Under the pieces are notes generated by a model. It worked only from the letters and a program-made list of their open reading frames with translations, did no database searches and had not been told where the DNA came from. Of a stretch of 64,000 nt of DNA, positions 49,117 through 59,846 are shown in pieces. The stretch comes from Gemmatimonadota bacterium (GTDB lineage: Bacteria; Gemmatimonadota; Gemmatimonadetes; Palauibacterales; KS3-K002): contig JBDHJS010000004.1 of the NCBI GenBank assembly GCA_039586795.1, positions 80,055 to 144,054 of the forward strand, in the 5' to 3' direction. The position numbers and the translations under genes were made by a program. Numbering within the stretch: the stretch's first letter is position 1; the number at the start of each line of letters is the position of its first letter.

Positions 49117-50220
49117 CTAGAAGTTGACCTTGACGAACGTCGTAAACGTCAGCTCGGTCTGGAAGAACTGGTCAGGCGTGAAGCGGCTCGTGCTCCCAGC
49201 GCCTGAGCCGGATACCGAACCGCGATACCCGATGTAGACCTCTGGGTAGACGGCGATCTGGTTCATGTCTTCAACCGTCAGCACGCCAGTCTGTCGCTCG
49301 CCGGAATCGAATGTGAGACCGACCAGCCGGATTTCACGCGATGGGTCGCCCGAAAAGAGATCCGCTGAAGAGCCGGCGATCGAAGACTCCAGCGCTCCAG
49401 CGATCTCGAGGTTGTGATTCATCCGGAAGACGTACTGGGCTGACACCAGGTTCTCGGCGATGTCGCTGCGGGCGTCCTGATCGAAGTCGATGACGAATTC
49501 TTCGTCCAAGGTTTCAGTGGCGACCACAGCAGTCAGTGCCGCTATTTGAATCTGGTTAAGCACCGCGCCAAACCGGGCACCCAAGTTGTTGTTGATCGTG
49601 ACCGTCTGGCCGTCGGCGGGCGAATGGACGTTGATTACAACCCGGAATCCCTGGGTGATCGTGGTGTTCGAGAGGTTCAGGTCGATCTGACTCCGCTGTC
49701 CCGCTGGCATGGATTGCGTGGCGCCATCCACGAGCACGCTGTCGAGAAGGGCACCCGTCCCCAGGTCTCGCGCTGCGAGCGCGATGTAGCCGCCAGCGCC
49801 AGGCCGCAGCGGATCGAAGTTGAGCTGATTCAATACGAACAGCTGGAGAATCGCTGAAGTGATCTCTACCGAGACCAGATCCAGGTCGAACGCTACGTCG
49901 ATCGAGTCGCGATAGTCGAATGTCGGAACCGTCGTCGTCAGACCCTGGAGCGCGAGGCAGGCCGGGCACATCGTGCCCAGCGTGTAGTCGACGCTGTCCG
50001 CCTGATCCTGGAGAACGAATACCGGCACGCCCCCCACGCTCGACGTATCAACTTCGCTGGGGAGGAGATCGACGACTGTAATTGGATCCGAGCTCAGCGG
50101 TACGCTAAGCCCCACCTCCCACTCCGGCGCCTCGGGCAGCTTGCACGCGGCAAGCAGCACGACGCAGACGCCTACACCAAGGGGCAACGCTCTCCGTAGA
50201 TATGCCCCGACCGATCCCAT
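49117..50220 (-). CDS. Hypothetical beta-rich lipoprotein
   Basis: LAAC lipobox; co-oriented with the barrel gene, 12-nt gap. Confidence 0.7.
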   Translation of the reverse strand: MGSVGAYLRRALPLGVGVCVVLLAACKLPEAPEWEVGLSVPLSSDPITVVDLLPSEVDTSSVGGVPVFVLQDQADSVDYTLGTMCPACLALQGLTTTVPTFDYRDSIDVAFDLDLVSVEITSAILQLFVLNQLNFDPLRPGAGGYIALAARDLGTGALLDSVLVDGATQSMPAGQRSQIDLNLSNTTITQGFRVVINVHSPADGQTVTINNNLGARFGAVLNQIQIAALTAVVATETLDEEFVIDFDQDARSDIAENLVSAQYVFRMNHNLEIAGALESSIAGSSADLFSGDPSREIRLVGLTFDSGERQTGVLTVEDMNQIAVYPEVYIGYRGSVSGSGAGSTSRFTPDQFFQTELTFTTFVKVNF

Positions 50221-50488
50221 GATGGAAAGCACCGGAAGACCTCACTTTTTCCGTTGGGGACAGGGTCATACGAGCCGATAGCTCGTTACGCCGGGTTGAT
50301 GAGGAGCGTCCGCTCAGAAACCACGTACCACACAAACAGACGTTCCCGCGCAGGGGATGGGCACAAGACCCGGCTTCAGTCCTACACCACGTAGTCCAGG
50401 ATGTTTCCCACCAACCGTCTGCCACAGGCCCCCCGACATGGGTATATTCACCGATTGAGCGAAATAACTCGAGCGGGAGGTTACCCGG

Positions 50489-52291
50489 TTGGAGACGGCG
50501 CGGATCCGCAATTTTTGCATCATAGCACACATAGATCACGGGAAATCGACGCTGGCCGATCGGTTGTTGGAGATCACCGGTGCGGTGGATCCTCGCCGTA
50601 TGAAGGAACAGGTCCTCGATTCGATGGACCTGGAGCGCGAGCGCGGGATCACTATCAAGGCCCACGCAATCCGGCTGAGCTTCGACCGGGCGGCGGGTGA
50701 AAGCTACGAGCTGAACTTGATCGACACCCCGGGGCACGTCGATTTCACCTACGAAGTGAGCCGGAGTCTGGCGGCATGCGAGGGCGCGATTCTCGTGGTC
50801 GATGCCAGCCAGGGGATCGAAGCGCAGACGCTATCGAACCTCTTCCTGGCGCTGGAGGCCGGACTGGTGATCGTACCGGTGATCAACAAGATCGACCTGC
50901 CGGCGGCGGAACCCGAGCGTCGCCGCGAGGAGCTCGCCGACCTGTTGGGCTGTGAGGAAGACGAGGTGCTGTTGGTTAGCGCCAAAGAGGGGACGAACGT
51001 CGAGTCTGTGCTGGAGGCTGTGGTCGAGCACGTGCCACCACCGGCGGGAGATCCCGATGCCCCGTTTCGAGCTCTGATCTTTGATTCGCAGCACGACAAT
51101 TACCTGGGCGCGGTTCCGCTGGTGCGCGTAGTTGACGGTAGGGTGGCTTCCGGGATGCGAATCGGCTTCGGTTCCAACGATTCGGAATACGAAGTGCGAG
51201 AAGTTGGATACCTGTGTTTGGGCGCGGTTCCGACATCGATGCTGACGGCCGGCGAGGTAGGATACGTGACGGCGCAGATCAAGTCGATTGCGGATACGAA
51301 GGTCGGAGACACGGTCGTCGACGCTTCTCGGCGTGCGACCGAGTTGTTGCCAGGTTACCGGGAGGTGAAACCGATGGTATTCGCCGGTTTGTATCCCGGC
51401 GATTCTGCGGAGTACGAACGGCTGCGCGGTGCGCTCGAGAAATTGAAGTTGAATGACGCGTCGATCCAATACGAGTTCGAGAGTAGCGAAGCCCTCGGCT
51501 TCGGTTTTCGATGTGGGTTCCTGGGTTTGCTGCACATGGAGATCGTGCGGGAGCGACTCGAGCGGGAGTTCGATCTCGACCTGGTGAGTACGGTTCCGAA
51601 TGTGGAGTACCAGGTGCACCTGAAGGACGGATCGACGATCACGGTGGAGAACCCCGCGAAGCTCCCCGACGCGGCCAAAGTGACAAGAGTGGAAGAGCCG
51701 TACGTTCACCTGCGGATCTTGTGTCCATCGGAATACATCGGTGGAGTGCAGAAGCTTTGTCACGAGCGGCGTGGCGAATTTGATCACATGCACTACGTCG
51801 ACGCCAAGCGAGTGGAGGTTACTTACGACCTTCCCCTGGCGGAAATGGTGTTGGACTTCTATGAGAAACTGAAATCGTTGTCGCGCGGTACCGGGGGGCT
51901 CGACTATGATCTCGCGGGCTTCCGCGAGGGCAACCTGGTGCGCCTGGACGTTCTGCTGAACGGAGATCCGGTCGATGCACTGAGCATGATCGTCCACCGT
52001 GACAAGGCCTACTACTATGGGAAGACCCTGGTCGAGAAGCTCAAGCAGCTGATCCCGAGACAGCTCTACCAGGTGGCGATCCAGGCAGCGGTCGGTAACC
52101 GGGTGATTGCCCGCGAGACGATCAAACCGCTGCGCAAGAACGTCACGGCGAAGTGCTATGGCGGAGACGTGACGAGAAAGCGCAAGCTGCTGGAGAAGCA
52201 GAGAGACGGAAAGCGCAGGATGAAGCGCGTTGGTCGGGTGGAGGTTCCTCGAGAGGCGTTCCTGGCAATTCTCGAAGTAGAAGGCGAGTGA
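50489..52291 (+). CDS. lepA: Elongation factor 4
   Basis: [35 protein letters not shown]. Confidence 0.98.
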   Translation: METARIRNFCIIAHIDHGKSTLADRLLEITGAVDPRRMKEQVLDSMDLERERGITIKAHAIRLSFDRAAGESYELNLIDTPGHVDFTYEVSRSLAACEGAILVVDASQGIEAQTLSNLFLALEAGLVIVPVINKIDLPAAEPERRREELADLLGCEEDEVLLVSAKEGTNVESVLEAVVEHVPPPAGDPDAPFRALIFDSQHDNYLGAVPLVRVVDGRVASGMRIGFGSNDSEYEVREVGYLCLGAVPTSMLTAGEVGYVTAQIKSIADTKVGDTVVDASRRATELLPGYREVKPMVFAGLYPGDSAEYERLRGALEKLKLNDASIQYEFESSEALGFGFRCGFLGLLHMEIVRERLEREFDLDLVSTVPNVEYQVHLKDGSTITVENPAKLPDAAKVTRVEEPYVHLRILCPSEYIGGVQKLCHERRGEFDHMHYVDAKRVEVTYDLPLAEMVLDFYEKLKSLSRGTGGLDYDLAGFREGNLVRLDVLLNGDPVDALSMIVHRDKAYYYGKTLVEKLKQLIPRQLYQVAIQAAVGNRVIARETIKPLRKNVTAKCYGGDVTRKRKLLEKQRDGKRRMKRVGRVEVPREAFLAILEVEGE

Positions 52292-53301
52292 ACACGTCCA
52301 CTGCACAGCGCATCTATGCGCGGGCGCCGGACGATCTGGACGAGCTGATCCTGGCGATCCCCGCGCTACGCAGGTTGGTGGAGCGGCACGCCGAAGACGG
52401 TGTTGACGTGTGGTGCGGGTTCCGTTGGGCGCCAATTCTGGAGATGGCGGGCCTGACGGCATCCGTTATCCCGTTCCGAAAGCGCCGTGCGGTCTGGAAG
52501 ACGGCGGAGTGGCTTCGTGGTCCCGGCTATTCGGAAGCGTATCTGTTCACCGACTCGGTGTCCGCAGCGGCAGCCGCCTGGCTGGCGGCGATTCCGATTC
52601 GTTGTCGGGCTCCATCGTCGCGAGAGGTTCCCGGAGAGCATCGCTCGGCGATTTACATGAAGCTGGCCGACCCGGAATGGCCAGGCGATTCGTTGGACGC
52701 GGGCCGCGTGACTATCCCGGAGAGAGCGTTCGAACAGTTTTATCAGCTGGTCGACGATCGCTTCGTACGGCCGGTGGTCGGCATGGTCCCCGGCTCGCGA
52801 GCGCCGGCGCGTCGTTGGCCGGAGGGGCGATTCACGGCGCTGGCCGGGATCCTGGCCAGTGAGGTCGGTACTGTGTTGGCCTTCGGGGCGAAGGGAGATG
52901 AGGTACTGGCAGCCCGGGTAGCCGCGGGCGCGGGACCCAGGGGAGTCGATCTCGGAGCTCGCACCAGCTTGGCGGTATTCGCCGCGGGCCTGGCCGCTTG
53001 CGATGTCGTCGTCGTCAATGATAATGGCGCTCTGCAGTTGGCCGGAGCCGTGGACGCGCGAGTTGTCGGCGTGTTCGGTTCGCGCAGCCCGGAAGATGTG
53101 GGGCCGTTGGAGGCGCGAACGCGGGCGCTCTGGCATTCGTCACTGCCGTGCGCCGCATGCGGGCGAAGCCGCTGTCGGCGTGTGGGCGCCGGGACGATCT
53201 TGCCCGAGGCACGCAACGAGTGCCTGCACTTGGTGTCGGTTGAAGCAGTAGCAAGATCGGTTCGAGAACATCTCACGCAAGAGAGAAGCGATGTCCAGTA
53301 A
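52288..53301 (+). CDS. Glycosyltransferase family 9 (heptosyltransferase-like, divergent)
   Basis: [31 protein letters not shown] overlap with lepA. Confidence 0.8.
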   Translation: MNTSTAQRIYARAPDDLDELILAIPALRRLVERHAEDGVDVWCGFRWAPILEMAGLTASVIPFRKRRAVWKTAEWLRGPGYSEAYLFTDSVSAAAAAWLAAIPIRCRAPSSREVPGEHRSAIYMKLADPEWPGDSLDAGRVTIPERAFEQFYQLVDDRFVRPVVGMVPGSRAPARRWPEGRFTALAGILASEVGTVLAFGAKGDEVLAARVAAGAGPRGVDLGARTSLAVFAAGLAACDVVVVNDNGALQLAGAVDARVVGVFGSRSPEDVGPLEARTRALWHSSLPCAACGRSRCRRVGAGTILPEARNECLHLVSVEAVARSVREHLTQERSDVQ

Positions 53302-54289
53302 ATCGAGTGCGCAGTGGATCATAGGCGTAGACATCGGTGGCACTAACTTGAAGGTCGGGGTGGTTCCGATGGAGGGCGGTGAACCGCTCGCGCTGCGAGT
53401 TCAGCCAACGGAGGCCAACAGAGGAGCGAAGTTCGTGGTCGACCGTGTGGTTCAGATGATCAAGGAGTCGATGGAAGAGTCGATGGCGGAGCTCGGCGTG
53501 GGTCGAGAGGCATTTGCCGGGGTTGGTATCGGCTCCCCGGGACCGCTGGATCGACGAAGTGGCACTGTGATCAATACACCGAACCTCGGCTGGCGGAATT
53601 TCCCTCTGCGCGACCTGATTCAGAACGGTGTAGGCTTGCCGGCCACCCTCGATAATGACGCGAACGCGGCAACCTACGGCGAGTGGTGGATGGGAACTGG
53701 GGGCGAGGCCAGCACGGTCGTTGGCGTCACGTTGGGTACCGGCATCGGTGGCGGCATTGTGCTCAACGGCGAGCTACATCATGGCGCGTCGGATGCAGCT
53801 GCGGAACTTGGTCACATGACCATCGATTCCACGGGTCGGAAATGCAACTGCGGTAACTACGGATGCCTCGAGGCCTATGCGTCAGGCCCCGCCATCGCGG
53901 CACGCGCCATCGAGGGCCTGGAGGCCGACGTGCCGTCCATGCTTCCTGATCTAGCAGGCGACCTACAGTCTATTACGGCGGAGACCGTGTACGAAGGTGT
54001 GGTTCAGGGCGATCCCTATGCCACAGAGGTCATGCACGATACAGCAAAATTCCTCGGCGTTGGACTGGCCAACATCATCAACATCCTGAACCCCGACCTG
54101 CTCGTCATATCCGGTGGCGTGACCAGGGCTGGCGATCACCTGTTCGAACCACTTCGCAAGGAAGTCCGTCGCCGTGCGTTTCGCGTAGCAGAGCAGGCTT
54201 GCAGTATCGTTCCGTCGAAGCTCAATGGTACCGCAGGGGTGATCGGTGCGGTGGCCTGCTTCAAGAAAGAGAACTACGGCAGTGTCTGA
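53291..54289 (+). CDS. ROK family sugar kinase (glucokinase-like)
   Basis: GVDIGGT, NDANAA, LGTGIGGG, ELGH, CNCGNYGCLE. Confidence 0.92.
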   Translation: MSSKSSAQWIIGVDIGGTNLKVGVVPMEGGEPLALRVQPTEANRGAKFVVDRVVQMIKESMEESMAELGVGREAFAGVGIGSPGPLDRRSGTVINTPNLGWRNFPLRDLIQNGVGLPATLDNDANAATYGEWWMGTGGEASTVVGVTLGTGIGGGIVLNGELHHGASDAAAELGHMTIDSTGRKCNCGNYGCLEAYASGPAIAARAIEGLEADVPSMLPDLAGDLQSITAETVYEGVVQGDPYATEVMHDTAKFLGVGLANIINILNPDLLVISGGVTRAGDHLFEPLRKEVRRRAFRVAEQACSIVPSKLNGTAGVIGAVACFKKENYGSV

Positions 54290-54452
54290 TCGTGGACTCG
54301 CGCGAGGCAGCGAGAGGGATTAGCTTGAACGCCGGTACCCTCCTGTTTCCGCTCGTTGCATCTGATCCGAATGCAGCTGGGTCGGACGCGTATCCGCGAG
54401 GCGGCCCGGCGCTAGATCTCAGGCCGGACCGGCACGGCTGCAGGCTCGCACG

Positions 54453-55421
54453 ATGCGCGTCATTGGCGTCGTAGGTACGATGGTGTGGGATACGATCCGG
54501 CGCGATACGGACGCCGGATCGCCGATGGAGGAGTGGGGAGGGATCACGTACGCGCTGGCCGCGGCGGACGCTGTCGTCCCGCCGGATCACGAGATTCTGC
54601 CGATCATCAGGCTAGGTAGTGACCTGGCAGAACCGGGTATGCGGTTCCTGAACGACCTATCGGTCATCAAGAACAGCGATGCGGTTTCGATCGTCGATGA
54701 GCCCAATCCCAGAGTCGAGCTACACTACGTAGGCGATGAGCGTCGCGGCGAGCGTCTGCATGGCGGTGTATCGCCCTGGAGGTGGGCCGAGTTGGAAGCT
54801 CGAATCCAGACGTGCGATGCCTTGTATGTGAACTTCATCACGGGGAGCGAGTTCGACCTTGGCGTCGCCCAACAGCTGCGCCGGAGCTTCGAGGGTCCGA
54901 TCTACGCCGACATTCACTCGCTGATGCTGGCGACGGGGCCGCAGGGGGATCGAAGCCGACGTCAGCTCGAGCGGTGGGCCGAGTGGCTGGCCTGCTTCGA
55001 TGCCGTGCAACTCAACGAAGACGAGCTGGCGGTCATGAGTTCACATTGGGGCGACCCATGGAGCTTCGCAGCTGATGCGGTCGGCCCCGACACGCGATTG
55101 CTACTCGTGACATTAGGTGCCGGTGGCGCGGTGTTCTTCATGACGCCGGACGCGCTCCCGCTCGGTGCTTTCAGAGGTCGACGGCTGGCGCCCGGCCTGC
55201 AGGTGAGGACGGGCAAGGTGACCAGCGAGCCGGTGACCGGTGGCGACCCGACAGGCTGCGGCGACGTCTGGGGGATCACGATGTTCGCCTCGCTGTTGGG
55301 CGGAAGCGGTACCGAGAGCGCGATGCAGAATGCCAATCGGATGTCGAGACGAAACGTCACTCATCGGGGAGCGTCGGGATTGAATCGTTACCTGAAAGGT
55401 GAGATCGAACGTGCAACCTGA
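54453..55421 (+). CDS. PfkB/ribokinase-family carbohydrate kinase
   Basis: NEDE, VTLGAGGA and DPTGCGD motifs. Confidence 0.82.
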   Translation: MRVIGVVGTMVWDTIRRDTDAGSPMEEWGGITYALAAADAVVPPDHEILPIIRLGSDLAEPGMRFLNDLSVIKNSDAVSIVDEPNPRVELHYVGDERRGERLHGGVSPWRWAELEARIQTCDALYVNFITGSEFDLGVAQQLRRSFEGPIYADIHSLMLATGPQGDRSRRQLERWAEWLACFDAVQLNEDELAVMSSHWGDPWSFAADAVGPDTRLLLVTLGAGGAVFFMTPDALPLGAFRGRRLAPGLQVRTGKVTSEPVTGGDPTGCGDVWGITMFASLLGGSGTESAMQNANRMSRRNVTHRGASGLNRYLKGEIERAT

Positions 55422-55442
55422 GCGTTTGGGAGGCGCTGAGCG

Positions 55443-56375
55443 TTGACCTTCGTGCTCCCGGTCCCAGAGACCCTCGACGAACGAGGGTTCGAAACGATGA
55501 TGGGCAGTTGGTCCGGTGCCGAGAGCGGTCGCATGCTTCTCGACGCACGGCACGTACGCTGGGTCAGTCCTTACGGTATCTTGGGTTTGCTCGCGGTGGG
55601 TCGGGCCTGGCATAACCGTTTCGGAGAACGGCCGTTACTCCAGGCACCGGAAAGCCGCGAGGTCTCCAGCTATCTCCAACGAATTCAGTTCTTCGATGCG
55701 GCGCACGACGTCTTCGAGCTTCCAGATAGGACGCGACGCCGCGGAACGGGAGAATCGGACGCTCTGCTGGAGATCACAGCGATTCGCTCTCATCAGGATG
55801 TCCACGACGTGGTTGACCGGGTTCGCGATCGGGCGGCGGCGATCCTCGGTAATCGGCTCGGCTACCCGCCGCCGGCAGTGCTTCACTTTAGCGTGATCTT
55901 GTCGGAGGTATGTCAGAACATAGTAGAGCACGCTGAGTCGGACGGTTGGGTCTCGGCGCAGACCTACAATTGGAAGCAGCGTCTTGGGCGACAGGTGGTC
56001 GTGATCGCCGTGATGGATGTCGGAACTGGCTTTCGTGGATCGCTGGCCAGAGAACACGCACAGCGCTACGGCGATCGCTGGTCAGACGAGACAGCCCTCG
56101 AGGCGGCGTTCCTTCACGGCGTATCACGCTACCGCGACCCCGGGCGTGGCCAGGGACTGCAGGGGATTCGCAAGCAAGTCTCACGGTGGAACGGTCTGTT
56201 CACCGTGAGAAGCGGTACGGCGCAGATTGCAGAAGTCCCGGACTGGATTGACAAGGAACCGATAAGCGGCGGACTGCACGACTTCCCGGGCGCGCAGATA
56301 CAGATCGTGTTGCCGCAGATCGCTCCGGTGGACGAGGACAAGCGGGGAGGACGTGGGGATGACCAGCATGAGTGA
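55443..56375 (+). CDS. STAS-like plus HATPase (GHKL) protein, anti-sigma/serine-kinase-like
   Basis: N-box EVCQNIVEHA, G1 DVGTG, G2 GRGQGL; no HisKA domain. Confidence 0.75.
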   Translation: MTFVLPVPETLDERGFETMMGSWSGAESGRMLLDARHVRWVSPYGILGLLAVGRAWHNRFGERPLLQAPESREVSSYLQRIQFFDAAHDVFELPDRTRRRGTGESDALLEITAIRSHQDVHDVVDRVRDRAAAILGNRLGYPPPAVLHFSVILSEVCQNIVEHAESDGWVSAQTYNWKQRLGRQVVVIAVMDVGTGFRGSLAREHAQRYGDRWSDETALEAAFLHGVSRYRDPGRGQGLQGIRKQVSRWNGLFTVRSGTAQIAEVPDWIDKEPISGGLHDFPGAQIQIVLPQIAPVDEDKRGGRGDDQHE

Positions 56376-56952
56376 TGGCGGGTTCGAGAACGTGTTCCGT
56401 ACAGCGGTTGCGAAGCTGTATAGCAATCTGGTCACACGTCCCACCGGGAAAGCGGTGCGATTCGCTGTGGAACAGCAGATCGAGGAGTCACGTGGACCGT
56501 GCCTCTCCGTTCTCGACTTCTCTCATGTCGGAGTCATCGACTTCAGCTGCGCTGATGAGGTAATCGCCAAGCTGCTGATGAAGTACCAGGCAGCCGACCG
56601 ACCTCAGGATGCGTTCTTCGTCGTCCAGGGTGCTTCGGAACACCATCGCGATCTGATCGAGACTGTATTGGAGCGCCACAACCTGGCAATAGTCGCGGTG
56701 GATTCCGAGGGCTCGAAACTCTGGGGAGCGGCGCCGTCACGTCTTAGGGAGGTCTGGGAGCACCTGGATCGAAAAGGCAGGACGGAGGTCGAAGATCTGG
56801 CATCGGATAGAGGTGTCAGTCCACCGGTAGCCAGCTCCTGGCTGCGGCGGTTGGCCGCCTGGAGGCTAGCCGTGCCCGAAGGCCAGGAGAGCTATGCCAG
56901 CCTCGGGCATGCCCTCTTTGAACCGGGAGCTGAGCCGCCAACTCTGTCGTAG
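56368..56952 (+). CDS. STAS-like (DUF4325-like) plus winged-helix protein
   Basis: LVTRPTGKAVR, LDFSHVGVIDFSCADE, C-terminal wHTH-like segment. Confidence 0.65.
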   Translation: MSDGGFENVFRTAVAKLYSNLVTRPTGKAVRFAVEQQIEESRGPCLSVLDFSHVGVIDFSCADEVIAKLLMKYQAADRPQDAFFVVQGASEHHRDLIETVLERHNLAIVAVDSEGSKLWGAAPSRLREVWEHLDRKGRTEVEDLASDRGVSPPVASSWLRRLAAWRLAVPEGQESYASLGHALFEPGAEPPTLS

Positions 56953-56954
56953 AT

Positions 56955-59237
56955 CTAGGTGCGCTCGTAGTAGTAGTCGAGGTAGTACTTGTCCGACGTA
57001 GTTCCTGGCTTCACAACGTTAAGGACTGACCCGACAACCCGGGCGCCCACCCGCTTGAGTTGCTGAATTGCCCGCCAACCCGCGCGTCTATCAGTCTCGC
57101 CGGCCCTGAGGACCAGCACCGAGCCATCGCAAAGCGCAGCGAGTACAGTGGCGTCGGCGACCGCCAGGACGGGCGGCGCATCCAAAACGACCCAGCGATA
57201 CTCGTCGCTCCACGTGCCGAGCAAGTCGGCCATCGCCTGTGATCCCAGCAACTCGGATGGGTTCGGCGGCCGTTGACCGGCCGGCAGGAAGTCGAGTCCG
57301 GTGCCCACCGACGGGCGGACCGCCTCACGCGCGTCCAACTCGCCGACCAGGAGATCGCTCAGTCCTGGCGAGCGCATGACATCGAACGCCTCGTGAAGTC
57401 CGCCGCGCCGCAGATCGGCATCGACCAACAGCGTCTTGTCGCCCCGGGCTGCGAGTACAGCGGCAAGATTTGCTGCCGTCGTCGATTTCCCCTCCGCCGG
57501 CCCCGGACTCGTGAACAGGATGCTATTGAGTTGTTCTTCGCGTGTGGTCGAGAACGCCAGGTTGGTGCGCAGGACTCGGTAAGCCTCAGACGCTGATCCA
57601 TCGGGGTCGCTGATCGCGGCCAGCGGGATCGGTCCATCCTCGACGGGGAAGTCGATCAGCGGAATCCAGCCGAGGACTGCGGTTCCAAGACCCGTCTCAA
57701 CCTGGCTGGTCGTCTGGACCGAACGATCGATGTACTCCAGGAAGAAGGCGGCGCCGACACCGAGGAACAGGCCGAGTAGCGCTCCGAGCATCACGCTGAT
57801 CCGTTGACGACCGCTGACCGGCCAGGGACGTCGGGCGGGGTCGAGGACATCGACGTAAGGCGTGATCTCCGCTTCCGCGATCCGCGATTCCTGGAAGCGC
57901 GCCAACAGGTACTCGTACGTGTCGGTATAGATTTCGACCCGCCCCTGCAAGCGGGCCAGCTCGGTCTCCACCGAAGGAATCGTCCTCAATTCCGCCCGCA
58001 TGTTCGAGAGCGACTGCTGTAGGCCATCGATCCTGGCGTCGATGCCGCTGACTGCGTTCTCCGTCGCTTCCAGCAGGTGCCCCTGTGTTCCCGCAATCGT
58101 TCGGTCGAGTCCCACGACATCCGGGTGCGATGGATCCTTGCCAAGTGGGCCAAGTTGACTCCCGCGCTCCTCAAGCAAGGTCAGCAGCTGATCGTAATAG
58201 AATTGCACCGTACGATTCAGCTCCTGCTCCGAGAGCAGCGCGAACTGCTGAATGTCGCCGGCCCGCATCCCCTCCTCGGATACCTGAGCGACGAGGCTCG
58301 TATAGATCCCGCGTTCGACGATCAGCGTCTCCAGTTGCGTCTGGATCGTGGAGATCCGCTCCAGGACGCGGACCTCCTCGGCGCTGAGGCTCGTTAGCCC
58401 CTGGCTCTGCTTGTAGCGCTCCACATCTTCTAGCGCAGCGCTGAGCGAATTGCCCGCGTCGCTCAGCCGGTCCTCGATGAACTGCGAGCGCCGCTGCGCC
58501 CAATCTCTCGATTTGCCAACGCCCAAATCGCTGAGCGCGGCGGCCGCAGTATTGAGGATGGTTTCCGTCAGGTCGGGATCGGTGCCCGTGTATGTGACGT
58601 CGATCAAGTTCGTCTCTGGACGAATCGATGCGGCGAGGCCGCCCGTCACCAGCGCCTCCGCTTGCTCCTGAGTGATGACCCTCAACCGGTAGGTGCCGGG
58701 CTGGACGCCCAGCTGTACCGTCAAGGTCCCCGCCGGGAAGCCGATTGGCCGTCCGGCTTGGCCCGTTATGGCGGACTCACCTGACTCCGATTCGATAAGG
58801 AACCTGCCGTCCTCTCCGACGTGGATACGATGATCCCCCGGCAGAACCAGGCCCGGATTGATGTAGATGTTCTCTAGCAGGAGGCGCCGCGGGATGTCCG
58901 GAGATTGGAGGCGGAGTTGCAGGCCATCGACGACCCATCGGGCGACTGCAGTGGTCGACAACTGCTGTAGCTCCGACTCCACCGGGTCGGTCCACAGCAT
59001 GTTCGAGCTGACGTCCTGGTCTCCCAGGTGTCCCATGCGGCCGCGGGGGTCGCTCACCTCGAGAGTAAGTGAGGATCTCCAGAGCTGGGGGCGCCGGGAC
59101 GCCGACCAATAGCCTGCCACAAGGGCGAGAACCGTCGTGAGAACCACGAGCCACGCCCGCTGGCGAATCACGCGCCAGTAGTCCTCCAGGTGGACGTGCT
59201 CGTACGTCGCCCTTGTATCGCTGCTGTCGTTAGGCAT
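56955..59237 (-). CDS. Wzc-like polysaccharide co-polymerase/BY-kinase
   Basis: Wzz-like N-terminus, coiled coils, GPAEGKST, DADLR, LDAPP, C-terminal Tyr cluster YYLDYYY. Confidence 0.92.
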   Translation of the reverse strand: MPNDSSDTRATYEHVHLEDYWRVIRQRAWLVVLTTVLALVAGYWSASRRPQLWRSSLTLEVSDPRGRMGHLGDQDVSSNMLWTDPVESELQQLSTTAVARWVVDGLQLRLQSPDIPRRLLLENIYINPGLVLPGDHRIHVGEDGRFLIESESGESAITGQAGRPIGFPAGTLTVQLGVQPGTYRLRVITQEQAEALVTGGLAASIRPETNLIDVTYTGTDPDLTETILNTAAAALSDLGVGKSRDWAQRRSQFIEDRLSDAGNSLSAALEDVERYKQSQGLTSLSAEEVRVLERISTIQTQLETLIVERGIYTSLVAQVSEEGMRAGDIQQFALLSEQELNRTVQFYYDQLLTLLEERGSQLGPLGKDPSHPDVVGLDRTIAGTQGHLLEATENAVSGIDARIDGLQQSLSNMRAELRTIPSVETELARLQGRVEIYTDTYEYLLARFQESRIAEAEITPYVDVLDPARRPWPVSGRQRISVMLGALLGLFLGVGAAFFLEYIDRSVQTTSQVETGLGTAVLGWIPLIDFPVEDGPIPLAAISDPDGSASEAYRVLRTNLAFSTTREEQLNSILFTSPGPAEGKSTTAANLAAVLAARGDKTLLVDADLRRGGLHEAFDVMRSPGLSDLLVGELDAREAVRPSVGTGLDFLPAGQRPPNPSELLGSQAMADLLGTWSDEYRWVVLDAPPVLAVADATVLAALCDGSVLVLRAGETDRRAGWRAIQQLKRVGARVVGSVLNVVKPGTTSDKYYLDYYYERT

Positions 59238-59406
59238 GGAAGGAATCACCGGACGATCCTGCACATTCCCCACCGCACCCCCCACCGGCTTTCGCCAAAC
59301 TTGCTTCGGCGAGGGAAGGATCTTCGCCAGACTCGCAGATAATGTGTCCTAGTGGGAGTCCTAACGCAACACCTTGTGGTCTGCCAACTTGGCAAGCGAT
59401 GTGACG

Positions 59407-59435
59407 TTGACGCTGTTCGGGCTCAGGGGTAGATT
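59407..59435 (+). promoter_or_regulatory. sigma70-type promoter
   Basis: TTGACG-N17-TAGATT upstream of the nifU-like gene. Confidence 0.55.
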
Positions 59436-59487
59436 CTGAGAAGCAATCTCAAGTACGAAACCGGCACGCGACGGCCGGGAGGACGGA

Positions 59488-59727
59488 ATGGCGGCCACAA
59501 CGACTCAAGAGAGAATCGAGGAAGTGATCGAGGAAATCCGACCGGCGATCCGGGCGGATGGAGGCGATATCGAGTTGGTGAGCTTCGATGAAGAGGACGG
59601 TCGCGTCGAGTTGCGACTCATGGGCGCATGTCAGAACTGTCCTTACTCGCTGATGACGTTGAAGGGCGGGATCGAGCAGCGGTTGCGGAGCCGGCTACCC
59701 GAAGTCAAGACTGTCATCGCGCTCTGA
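59488..59727 (+). CDS. NifU-C/NfuA domain Fe-S carrier
   Basis: IRP..ADGGDIEL, GACQNCP.S.MTLK.GIE. Confidence 0.92.
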   Translation: MAATTTQERIEEVIEEIRPAIRADGGDIELVSFDEEDGRVELRLMGACQNCPYSLMTLKGGIEQRLRSRLPEVKTVIAL

Positions 59728-59750
59728 CGGGTGTCGAAAGTGGGGCTAGC

Positions 59751-59783
59751 ACCGGCACGGGCTGCCCTGTGCCGGTTTTTTTT
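59751..59783 (+). terminator. Rho-independent terminator
   Basis: ACCGGCACGGG-CTG-CCCTGTGCCGGT stem followed by a T run. Confidence 0.8.
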
Positions 59784-59846
59784 GTTGCCAGTTTCGATGA
59801 ATTAGAAGAGTCGCGGTGAAGTGCCAAGCGATGAAAAGCGGAGGTA

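Noticed and set aside
50831..52462. 543-aa minus-strand ORF
   Set aside because: Antisense shadow of lepA; long shadow ORFs are expected at high GC and it has no recognisable motifs.
54290..54452. 163-nt gap between ROK and PfkB genes with small hairpins
   Set aside because: Pairings are short for GC-rich DNA; no promoter, terminator or known motif supports an RNA call.
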